A DNA stretch of 63,942 nucleotides, counting the filler, from Cercozoa sp. M6MM (Eukaryota > Protista > Endomyxa: Ascetosporea): assembly GCA_040357565.1 (NCBI GenBank). It is 13 parts of 13 records of this genome, joined end to end, with 100 filler letters (N's around TTAATTAATTAA, not from the genome) between each part and the next. Parts side by side here need not be neighbours in the genome. Positions count along the whole stretch, not along the records: positions 36,507 to 41,778 come from JBDODJ010000933.1; positions 41,879 to 48,066 come from JBDODJ010000774.1; positions 48,167 to 55,287 come from JBDODJ010000657.1; 10 more parts are not named here. The stretch is one strand, 5' to 3'. The notes under the pieces were generated by a model. The model did no database searches and was not told the DNA's origin. It saw nothing but the letters and a program-made list of their open reading frames with translations. Made by a program: the position numbers and the translations under genes. Numbering within the stretch: position 1 is the first letter of the stretch; every line of letters starts with the position of its first letter. Positions 36,889 to 48,416 of this stretch are shown one piece after another.

Positions 36889-38237
36889 AGGAACGGGTTT
36901 TGGTAATTACCAGCCAAATTTGTGGTAATTACCGTAGAATTTGGCGCGAGCACCGGGTTTGTTTTGGTAATTCCCATTGGAGCTACGTTGCAGCATGAAC
37001 TAAAGCATGGTAATTACCACTCCCAGTGTGGTAATTACCACAGCAGAGTTAGCGTCGCGCCGTACGAGGTGAATAAATCAGCACATGGTACAGCGCTGGC
37101 TACAAAGCAGCAGGCAAGTCCACGAATGGTAACTTCACAGAGACTTGCTGGATGTCAACTATCGTCGCCACTGATGTCATCGCGCGAGCTCGGACGTGCA
37201 ACTTTCCCTTCCTACCCCGACAAGCCTTGCCGGTCTCTGCCGCCATTGTTTCAATGCGCTGAGGTTGTGAACCAAGAGGTGCTGCGTATCGAGTATGCAT
37301 CAATCGGCACATGCAAAAGTCTACTTGGATGAGCCCCCTATTCCGGTCTGATCCCATGTGTCGTTAATATATGATGGTGTACTTTCTTCAGCGACATATA
37401 TTCTCGTCGAATCTGTCGCTCGCGACTTACACCACACTCTCCTTCCGCAAGAAGGTCTATGCTCTTCATTTGGCGTTTGGCAGCGCGATGTACGTTTGCG
37501 TCGATATTTATCATCATGCTTACGGCGTCTATCTAAAATAGGTGGTGTTGTACAGGCTACAGTAGCATAGGTGCACCTGCAACTGCAAGCCCTTCTAGTG
37601 GCAGTCCTGTGACCTCTGGCAGTTGCGAACTTGAAGAGGGGGCACACAGCAACAATGACCTGAGCACTCTTGCTTGGAAGCCTCAGGAAATCTGTAAATA
37701 TATCTAAATTTTTACACTCTCAGGAACTGGCCATCCAATGGTGGTGTGCGCAACTAAAACACACTTCGAGCGATCGAGAGGAACCGAACGAAGCAGAACA
37801 GCCCTCGGTATCGCGGCTTTGCGATGAGTTTCCTGTCAGAAAAAGAAGTCGCAAAAGTCGCCAAACAACCGAATGAGCGATCAAAACGGCGGGAAGCGAG
37901 TCCTGTACGTGTGGAAATGCTGGTCTTGGTATCGTGACTCGTCAAAACTGCCTAGCTCCCGAAGTGACTAAAATTAGTGTGAATTACCATACTGAATGGT
38001 AACTACCACAAAGTCGATAATTTACCACGCTTGATGGCAACTACCACAGCCAAAATACCACAATCGAGAATTTTATATGTGGTAATCACTTGACATGTTA
38101 CCAACGAGGCACTATTCCCGCCTGGTAATTACCACTTGTCCCCGTGGAAATTATCATCATCACTGCAGTGCCCAGATGCAACTGAACCGTGGTTATTACC
38201 ATCACTTCTGCGTGTGGTAATTCCAAAACTCGTTCCT
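36889..38237. mobile_element. Non-autonomous TIR element (1349 bp) with subterminal TGGTAATTACCA palindrome arrays
   Basis: Left end AGGAACGGGTTTTGGTAATTACCA. Reverse complement of right end AGGAACGAGTTTTGG-AATTACCA. Palindrome copies cluster at 36901-37040 and 37980-38225. No transposase ORF recognised. Confidence 0.75.
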
Positions 38238-39785
38238 CGGGGTGTGTCTTTCCAACCAGTCGTCAACCACAGGAATGTGGATGTCCTCCAGTTCGCTGCA
38301 CTCGGACTCGTAGTTCTTGAAGAGTTTGTGGTCCTTGTACTGTGAGTGCACAAAGTGCACTGCACGATGACAAAGAGAGGGATGATATTCAACTGAAAGG
38401 GCAGCAGTACCCGACAAAGAGATAGTGTACTGTTGGAGAGACAGGCGTCCATGGGAGCCAGGCCGCTGTCTGCCTGGTTGAGAAGGCGATCAAAGTCGAT
38501 CGCGCCGGCATCAAACCCGCAGCGCGCGGCGGCCTGCTTCACTTTGACTCGTTGCTGCTCTGTACGTACACATTGGTGTAGGTGTACACAGATAGATAGG
38601 ATTGGAACGTGCCATCACACACGGGAAAGGACTCGAGCAGCTTCCACGGGTAGTGACTCGACAACGGCGTGGCCACGTAGACGCCTAGGCCGCGCTTGTG
38701 GATCATTTTGACACCTGTGAGCTGTGCGTTGAAGTCGTCGATGGCCATGTACTTGCGCAGCTCCTCTTCGTCTTTCGGTAACATCTTAGGCTGCTCCTTC
38801 ATCTGTGAAGCAACAAAAGGAACCAGTCATCAAGCACACGGCACGCACAAAGCAGCACAAAGAGCGTAGCATTTCGTTTTTGCTGTTAGCACTCGTTCTC
38901 GCACGATTTGCAGTAGTTGCGTGTGGCCCCACAGCGTCAGCAACTGCACAAACAGTGGTGCGTGTGTGTGGTGTGGTGTGCGTGTGCGTGTGACACCCTA
39001 GCAGCATGCGGAAACATACATCAAAGTTATTCTCCTCGTAAATAAAGGCGGTGCGGACGACCTCATTGCTCGCAATAATCGTCTGTCCGACGGACCACCC
39101 GGAATAATACCGTGTGGGCCGACCCACGACCTGACAGCGGCCGAAGCCGATGATTAGGTGCGCCAGACAACGAGCGCCCAGCACGGCGACCTCGAAGCCT
39201 TGCGACCTCAGCTGCAGTGCCTCGGAGCGCACCGTGCGCACCAGACCGTCGGCCACGACGTCATCGGCGTCCAGGATCGTGACTGCATACCTGCGCGGGG
39301 GGGGGGGGGGCCGGCCGCTACGTACTGCCTAGTGAAGAGCAGAGATCATACCAGTCACACTGCACTTTGCTCAGTCGCGAGATCATCACTTTTCGCCAGT
39401 CAAGGTGAGTTACGGTGAGTCTCACATTGTCAGGTGTCGCAATCTCCAGTGCTGCAACGTCAACAGTCTCGTCTGGCAGCGAGGCAATCACCTCGTAGTA
39501 CACGTCGGACGGCACCTCCTGCAGCACCAACGACCGCACCGTCTGCTTGCGCATCCAGTCCACAGCGTACAAGCGAAACGGTGGCGTGAAGTTTCGGCTG
39601 CCTAGGTAGGTGCGCGCAAAGTGGCACACACGAGCCGACACTGGAGGCTCCACCGACTGCTGCTGCTGCAGATTCGGCGTTCTCCTGCGTTGTGCAACCT
39701 GCTGCACGGACTCGACTGACCGCTGAGTCAGGACCAGTGCTATACACACTATCAGCAGTGCCGCACACTGCGCAGCCGTGCGCAT
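38202..39785 (-). CDS. Type II membrane protein, putative glycosyltransferase
   Basis: N-terminal signal anchor AALLIVCIALVL, Gln-rich stem, TILDADD (DxD) motif. Exons join in frame to ...PRNEFWNYHTQK*. Confidence 0.55.
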
Positions 39786-40258
39786 CACGGGCTGTTGGGT
39801 ACAAAAACCGGCAAATCCAGACCAAAGAAGAGAACGGCAAAACGAAACACCTGATTAACTGCCATGTGGTAATAGCACGCAAGTAGCGTGCCGAAAATAT
39901 GTCGATCGGTTATCTAAAGGCTACAGACGCATCATCCAGTATCAGCCCAATGGCGAAAATATGACGATCGCTGCTAGAGTGTCCCGTGGTAAATGTATTA
40001 ATAACTAGACTTAGTGAAGTTTGGGCCACTATGGAGACACATAGTTTTAGCGAAATTCAGTATTCAATATCACTTTTCTAATTACATCGAATTTCAATAT
40101 TTGCATAAATCTAATTTCCTTCCAAAACACTGGGTCCGCCAAGCTAGTTTTGACTAAAGATATGCTTCCGTTTAGCTGGTCAGTTTCCCCGGCGGCCCTC
40201 CCCGGATGTTATTTATGACTAAAACAAAACGGCCCGTGGTCGACGAACCAATGTAAAA

Positions 40259-41747
40259 CTAAAACACGACTCCAGCAGCGTTGGCGGCAGCAGAGTCTTC
40301 GTGCAGCCACTCAAGCACCTGCGATTGCGAGAGGGAGAGTTGGAGGGTGAGCTAACTCGAGTCCAGAGAGAGAAAGCACCTGGGGAGCGTAGTAGGTGAT
40401 CAGAACGGAAGCACCGGCGCGTCGGAAGCCCTTTGAAAAAACGCCACACTCAAAAAACTGAAGAGCAAAAACGAACGATGTGAATTAACCTGCAAAGTCT
40501 CCAGCACGGCGTCCTTTAAGTCTAGTGCACCTGCGGGAAGGATAGAGGGTGAAGAAGGTAGGGGGGGGGGTAAAGCCTACCAGCCTGTGCAGCATGCCAC
40601 AGCATGGCGTACTCGCCACTCACGTGGTAGATGGCCACGGGCACGTCCTGTCAGGGAGGGGGGGGGGTAAACTGGAGGGTAACTGGAGGGTAAACTGGAG
40701 GGTAAACTGGAGGGTAACTGGAGGGTAGAGAAGCAACTAGGGGGGGGGTAGCAGAGGGGTAGATACCAACTGTTGTCGCGCCACCGACACCAAGTCGAGG
40801 TAGGGACCGCCTGGTTTCACCATCACCACGTCGGCATCGCGCGCATCACGCCACCTGCCCAAGGGGATGGGGGTAAGGAGGGCATAGGGGGGGGGGGCAA
40901 AACATACAGGCAAAACATACAGTGCCTTGCGTCCGAGACCTTGCGAACCAAAGGGCAGCTGGTACATCGAGCGGTCCTACAGACACACGTGCTACCCCTA
41001 TACCTTTTATACCCCCCTATACCCTCTATACCCCTATACCCTCTATACCCTCTATACTCCAATACCCTCTATACCCCAATACCCCCTCTATACCCCCTAT
41101 ACCCCCACCCCACCTTCATAGGATTCGGTCGCAGCGAGGCTTTGCCGGGCGCACTGGCGCATGCGTCACGGAAGGGTCCTGTTCCGTCCACATGTACAGT
41201 CCACATGTACCAGTCCACATGTACAGTCCACATGTCCAGTCCATATGTCCCGTCCATATGTACCAGTCCAGATACTAATAGAGTACCGTAAAAGGCGGAG
41301 GCGTACTTGGCGGCGTAGCTCATGACGGCGGCGCGTTCGGCCAGTCCGTGCCGAGCCAGCGTTTCTTTGATCGCACGCACGCGGTCGTCCATCATGTCGG
41401 ACGGTGCCACCATGTGCGCACCCGCGCGGACGTACTGCAACGCCAGTCGCGCAATCGTGTCGACCGAGGCGACGTTGTCCAACAGACCCTCGTCATTCAG
41501 CACGCCACAGTGACCTGTACTCCAGGGATAAAAAGGGGGCAGGGGGTAAGAGGGGGGGGGGTAAAGCTACCATGGTCGGTGTAGGCACACACACAGACGT
41601 CGGCACACAAGTGCAACGCCGGGTACTCTTGTCGCAAGTACCTGGGGTAGGAGGGGGTAAAGCTGGGATGTACAGGCTAGGGGTAGGACTAAACGAGGCT
41701 ACTTAAGGGCACGCAAAACAGGCGCACGCTCGTCGAAAGCGGCGCTA
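40259..41747 (-). CDS. ALAD: Delta-aminolevulinate dehydratase (porphobilinogen synthase), Zn-binding type (5' partial)
   Basis: [79 protein letters not shown]. Confidence 0.97.
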
Positions 41748-41893
41748 GCCTGCGATCAACTAACTTACCCCCCCCCCCNNNNNNNNNNNNNNNNNNNNNN
41801 NNNNNNNNNNNNNNNNNNNNNNTTAATTAATTAANNNNNNNNNNNNNNNNNNNNNNNNNNNNNNNNNNNNNNNNNNNNCCCCCCCCCCCCCCA

Positions 41894-42436
41894 GAGCGAG
41901 CAGTCGTCGCTGCAGCAGGCGTGTTTCGACGCCGAGTTCTTCTTGCGACGTGTGCCGCGATACACGCCGTCGGCGCATGTGCAGGCGGCGGTAGGGCCTG
42001 TTTACCCCCCTGTTTACCCCCCTGTTTACCCCCCTGTTTACCCCCTCCCCTCCCCAGCGAGAGGCGCTGCGACAGCGACTGGAGCGTCTGCGGCGACTCG
42101 CGACGGCCGCGTCGATCTCGGCTCAACTCGGCTCGGCCGCCTCGTCCGACACGGGCGACCATCTGTACGCCTTGTTTTTTTTTTAAGGGGCGGCATATGC
42201 CTTCCCTAGTACCGAGTTTAATCGAGAGTACGGTATGGGGGGGGGTATGGGTACGGGGGTAAGGGTACGGGGGTATGGGGGGCTAAACCGCACCCTGCAG
42301 CGAGCGCGAGATGACGCTGGGCGGCCTGCGTGCCATCGTGGGCGGCGGCGTCGACGCGCTGCTCGACACGGCCGTGCGGCACTGCGACGCCTACGACCGC
42401 GCGGACGCCGCCTCTGCCTCCGCTCGGACCGATTGA
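41894..42436 (+). CDS. 3' fragment of a hypothetical gene
   Basis: GC-rich exon blocks separated by GT-AG introns, one filled with (TGTTTACCCCCC)n. Ends ..PPLPPLGPIE or a nearby stop; frame uncertain. Confidence 0.35.
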
Positions 42437-42752
42437 GTCATGTTGTGTCTTTCGCTTCCTTAACACGTTCTCACTACGTCCCACTACGGACTAGCCTTCA
42501 GTTTCGTCACCGTTCACGCACTAAACCCGCCTCAGATCGCGGCCACAGATCGCTGCAACACCTTCTGGGAATCGCCTTGACCACTACCGCACTCCTTTAG
42601 TGCACTGACGAATCCACACGAGTGCCCGGACCACAAGTATCACAGTCAGATAGTACTCTGTGACGCCAGGCTTGGTTAACTAATTTTACACTAGCCGAAG
42701 CGGGTACAGTAGCGATATGCAGCTAACGGATACAGCGGAGGGAGACAGGTGT

Positions 42753-45700
42753 TCAGTCGCGCGGAGCGACGGTGATGGGCCGCATTCGTACGGGCGCCAC
42801 GAAGAAGCGGCCGCGCAGGCCGCGGAGTCGCTGCGACAGGAGGTGCGAGATCACCGGCGGCCGCAGCGGCAGCTGCGCCAGCACCGAGGGCACTGACTCC
42901 GACTCTGGCGTCCGCTCGGAGGGGTCACTGGACTGACTGGACTGGTGGGGTCTGTCTGTTCGAGTCGTTCGCCGATGCGTGCCACAACAACAGGTACTCA
43001 GGGCAGTCAGCTCGGCCGACGCAGTCAGACTGACCGTTTCGGTCAGCCAGCGCTCCGAGCGGACGCTGCTGTCACTGTCCGAGTCAGAGTCCGAGTCAGC
43101 AGAGTCCGAGTCCGAGTCGCGCTTCTCAATGTCGATGTCGACGCTGCTTTCGTTCTTTCGGCGTCTTTTGGCCGTGCGTTCTCTCTTCCCCGCGCGTCGT
43201 CTCTGCTCGGGAGGGGGGGTAAAGGAGGGTAAACGGGGTAAAGGGGTAAACGGGGTAGAGGGGTAAACGGGGTCAACGAGTGAGTAAAGGCGTAGTGTGA
43301 TGGGGGTAAGCACCTTGACAGGCACGTAGGTGTGTGAGGCAGCACGTGTCAACAGTGCATTAGTGTCCTCAGTCAGTACGGTCAAAGTGACGGTTTGGCC
43401 ACGTGCGTTCACCGTCTCCAGAGCAGACTACAAGAGTGGTCTGATACCTCGGATTGCTTAAGGGACGGTTGGACATACCTGCGATAGCAGTGCCGGCAGA
43501 TACACGAACTCGGCGATGTGCGTACACACGTCCACTGGCAGTCTTCTGCAGGGGAGGGGGTAAAGGAGGGAGGGGTAAAAGTGGGATAAATGGGGACTAG
43601 AACACAGTACCGCAGTGTGGCAACGTCGAGTTGCTCAGTCACGGCACTCTGCAACTCTCGGTACGCGTTGCGTCCCCTGCAATACATGGGGAGAGGGGTT
43701 AAACGGGTCGGAATTCAACAGGGGTAACGGGGTAACGGGGGAGGGGTTGAGAGAGCGGCACATGAACATGGCATCCTTGAGTCGCTGCTTGAACACGACC
43801 GCCTGTGACGGCATGATGAGTTCCAGTAGTTCCACCGGTGTCATTCCGGCCTGTCTCGGGGGGGGGGGTACGCAATAAACGAGGGGGTAAACAGGAGGAT
43901 AAACTAGGGGTAAATAGGGACGGTATACGGGGGAGGGGGGGGGGGTAAAGTTGTACCTTATTGCGTGCCTCGCAGGAAGCGCCACACAAAGTAAGCAACT
44001 CCAGTGTCGCCTGTGTCCGACAGAAGTTGGTTACGGGGAGAGTGTAATGTGGGTATTGCGACAAAGCCGTACCAGTTTGGACTCGATTTGGACTCCTCCT
44101 TCGCCGAGTGACATCAACATGTCTAGTCGAAACAGCAAGGGATCAAGTCCATCCATTCGCGCGGACACAAGACACAGAAAAAGACGGATACGGTGAAGTG
44201 CAGTGTTGCCTTCTGCATCAACACAATCCACGTCCTGCTGCAGCACCACTCTGCTTGAGCCAGACAGGGGTAAAAGAGGGTTTAGAGGAATAAAGAGAAG
44301 GTCAAAGAGGGAGTAAAACAGGAAGTAAAACAGGAGGGTAAAGAGGGTAAAAGAGGAAGTAGACGAGGAGGTAAACAGGGAGGGGGAATAAAAGAGGGTT
44401 AAAAAAATACAGGTAGTAGAGCAAGGTGGCCACTCGGGAGTCGTTGCAAATGCGATCGGCACCAATGCCCGTGTAGACGGGACTCGTGTAGCCATCGAAG
44501 ACTGCCGCTGCCTGTCCAGGCGGTGGTGTAGAACGGGATATGTCGAAGGGGTTGGGGGTTAAGGGGGTAAAGAAAGAGGGTGAAGGAGTCAAGGGATATG
44601 CGATAAGGATGGTGAAGAGGAAAGAGTGTATGGGGATAGGGGGTAAAACTCTAGAACAGGCTACATGAAAGGACAAAACCGACTGCCACAAAATCGGGTG
44701 TTCCCGAGGATCGCCTCCGACAGGCACCTGTCCCTCCGATCGCGCAGTCCCGCCGTTAAGAGTGCTGCCTTCTCCCTCCGTATCCGTCAGTCGGTGCCGC
44801 GGACTCTGCAGCTGCAGCTGCCGCATCATCGACGATGCCGAGGTGGCACTCTGTCCTCGTGGGGATAAAGGGTGCAAAGGCAGAAGGGTAGACACGAACA
44901 TGGGAATAAAGACAAGGCAAAACAAGGCTACAGGTGAGTACAGACGCAAGTGAATACTGTCGCTTTCGTCACTCACTGTGCACATACTCAACTTTTGAGC
45001 TGTCTTTGTATGTATGTTTGAATGTATGTATTTATGTCTGTATGTATGTCTGTATGTTTGTATGTATGTATGTATGTCTGTATGTATGTATGTATGTATG
45101 TATGCAGATCAACTTACCATCCAGAGCCACGGGCACATCTCTGTCCAGACAGGGTAGGTGAAGGTGAGTCAGATAGGATAGAGTAAGGTTAGGTAGGGTG
45201 GGGGTAGGGTAGGTTAACGGGGTCAAAACTAAACCGACCTGACCAATGGTTGCAGCATGTCAGCACCCACTCCACACATTGTCAATGCGTTGCTGGCCAA
45301 CGTGGTCTAAAAGTGGTAAAAGGTAGGGGTTAGAATGTTTAGAGTTAAAAAAAAACAAAGGCGTGTCACCACGCGATTGTTGTTGTCGGTGCCGTCCTCG
45401 CCCTCTACGAGTGCGCGTCGGTACGCTCTCAGCAGCGGTTCGATGGCCCCGCACGCCAGCAGCTCCGCCGCGTGCCCGCTGTGTCGATAAAACAGTGTGT
45501 AACTTAAACGAGTTTAAGGAGGTATATCGTGTCAATTTAAAGGATACAGACAGTAAGGGGTTAAGAAACTAAAGGTGTCAATTTAAAAAGTAAAGGGGAG
45601 AGAGGGGATAAGGGGCAGCTTACTGAGTCGTCGCCATGTTGGACAGTGCGGCGCACGCGTTTCGCTGCAGCTGCATCTCGTCCGGGTGAGCCGTCATGGC

Positions 45701-47310
45701 ACGCACCACGTGCGATACTGCTCCCTGAATCAAACCCAGTCCATGTGTTCAGTCGTCCATATGTACTGCTCATACATTCAAGTACCTGATTCACAAGCTG
45801 CTCGCTGATGCCGTCGTCAAATGCGAGATTCGTCATCAACGAGCACGCACTTGTCTGCGTGGGGAGGCGGGGGGGGGGGAATATTGGAGGGATATTGGTG
45901 AGGGGTAAAGGGGTAACAAACCAAGACTCGCGGCTCGGTGAGGTGTCGCCAGATGGCACCAAACACGATGCGCGGCAACTGTGGATTCTGACCGATGACG
46001 GTTTTCGCATCATCGGCAATACTCAGATTCGCGAGTGCTCCTCTGCAGAGAAAGCTTGTCGGATGGCATGGTGCATTTAACATACTGTACAATAGGAGTA
46101 CAAAAGTCCCAATACATGGCAGTCTCCTGTACGAGTGCCTTTTCCGGGAAGCTCGTGGCCGCAGTCTGCACTCAGTCCAGTTCGAATGATCTTTACTGAC
46201 GATATGCTTAGTTTAGCAAACAACTGTCCCCTTACCCAGATGCACTTGAGCACCTCGCGATCTTGCGTTAGGTGGCTTCGGATGTCTAGCGGTCGGGCGA
46301 GGTTCCTATGGTAAGGAAGGGAGGTACAGTACATGTGGAGAGTTTCTCTGTCTGTGTACCACAGAGCGGAACACGCGAGCCACTGAACCTTCCAGTCATC
46401 TTGGTAGAGACGCATCGCTCGCTTTAGTCGCGAGACGGCGCCGTGTGCCACGAGGCCTGCTTGAATACCAAGGGGGAGAGGTCAAGTCGTCATGTCAACA
46501 TACACGTTGACGTACCAACGCAGTTCTCACGAAACATGCCGACGTTGCTCACTGCCTTGCTGTGGCAGGGGAAGGGGGTACCGGAATATAGAGGGAGGCT
46601 AAACTGTAGGCAAAACATACCAGCACGCACGCATTTTCTCCAGCATGTCGTACTTGGACTCTTCTGTGATAACACGCACTCATACACCAGACAGACAATC
46701 CGCAGGGATACGTACCATCTTCACTCGCGGCTCGTGCGAACACGTCGAGAGCGTCCGCCAAAAAGCACAGCTGCGAGCGCTGAAACAGTGCTCTGTGTGC
46801 AATTAAGGAGGTATAATAACTGGGTGAAACTGTGCTCTCCCTCTCTCTCTCTCTCTCTCTCTATTTTTCTCAACACACCGCGGACGACGTCTGTTGCGCT
46901 CGGCGTCCGTGCTACCTTGCGTCACGTGCAGGCACCGATCACCTGACATAAATCAGTAAAACAAGTTGACAGAACTGCTGAGCCTCGTTGTTCGATACCC
47001 ATTTTCTTGCATAAGGACAGCACAACGTCGTGGTCGCTCATGCGAGCGTTTGCTGCGTTTCGTAAACCAAGCAAAGAGTAAAACACAGGGAGTAAATTAA
47101 CACTGATAGAAATTCACTGTCAGCTGGACTCTACCGCACATACGCCGATCCAGCAATCTCGCGACGCCGTCATAACTCGAAATACGCTTAGCACGACCGC
47201 AGCAACTGCTGCGGGATCTCCACAGACCCATGCTAAAAGACGATTTAATAAGGGCACTCCCAGTTTCAGTTCTCTCGAGTGTGGTGAATAATAGTTGTCA
47301 GCTCTAACGT
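42753..47310 (-). CDS. Multi-exon protein with armadillo repeats followed by ankyrin repeats and an acidic/basic tail
   Basis: ARM-like: VQWLACSALWNLA, CRGALANLS, SACSLMTNLA, LQRNACAALSNMA. ANK-like: VDCVDAEGNTALH, LELLTLCGAS..AGMTPVEL. The 5' end, and whether this is a single gene, are uncertain. Confidence 0.65.
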
Positions 47311-47608
47311 TCAACCGTCACACTGTCACTCAGTAATCCAGCAACTCTCACTAACAGCGCAACTAGTCCAACGCCGTACAGACTCTTTTGTGCCCCAGAA
47401 AACTCCAAGTACGAAGCACTTGCGCGGCGTTTCGCAAGAACTCCCGGCGATATGCTAAACGGTCTAAATTACTTTAGATCGAGTGGATAAAGTATGTTAC
47501 TATTGAGCTTAGTCGTCCCTGATGATTATTGATCTCTTGGACGGTCACCAGCGGAAAAATAAGAACTCCTACCTCGACTGATTGCACGCGGTGACGTGTG
47601 CATGCGAG

Positions 47609-47982
47609 ATGGGTAACAAGTGCTTCGTGGTGGGTGACATTGGTGGCACGAATTGCCGCCTGCAGCTTCTCCGTCTGTCAGCCGTATGTCCCGTGTGACC
47701 AATGAAAGCCTTTTCGAGACCCTCTCCCTTTTTTTGCGTGTCCAGGTGGATGACGACCAGCTGTTGGCTGAGCGCATCTACGCGGCACACGAGCAGGAGG
47801 GTCTGTGCGAGGTGGTGCAGCAGTTCCTGTGCGATGTCGATGCCGTGAATGTAAAGTTGTTTCTTCTCGCTTTGCTTTTTTGAGCTTTACGCCCTCAGTG
47901 ATTTGGAAGAGCTTTCAAGTGTAGAAGGTTTCAGCCGTGTGCCTGGCAATTGCCGGTCCCGTACAGCACAACTGCGTTAACC
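47609..47982 (+). CDS. glk: Glucokinase of the E. coli Glk (group A) type, 5' part
   Basis: MGNKCFVVGDIGGTNCRLQLL ... AVCLAIAGPVQHN, interrupted by GT-AG introns; truncated at contig end. Confidence 0.85.
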
Positions 47983-48019
47983 GTATCCTTTGTTGATTTT
48001 AGTGTGCTCGTCTCATAGT

Positions 48020-48066
<47 letters not shown>

Positions 48067-48416
48067 NNNNNNNNNNNNNNNNNNNNNNNNNNNNNNNNNN
48101 NNNNNNNNNNTTAATTAATTAANNNNNNNNNNNNNNNNNNNNNNNNNNNNNNNNNNNNNNNNNNNNGATGGATCTGCCCAGTGTAGGGGGTAAACAAGGG
48201 GTAAACATGGGGGTAAACAGGGGAGTAAACAGGGGAGTAAACAGGGAGGAAAATAGGGGGATAAACAGGGAGGTGAATAGGGAGGAAAATAGGGGGTAAA
48301 TAGGGGAGTAAACAGGGGGTAAACAGGGGGTAACAGAGGGTTAAACAGGGGTAAACAGGAATAAGGGAAACAGGGGGAACAGAGGGGTTAACAGAGGGGG
48401 AAGTAAACAAGGGGCA

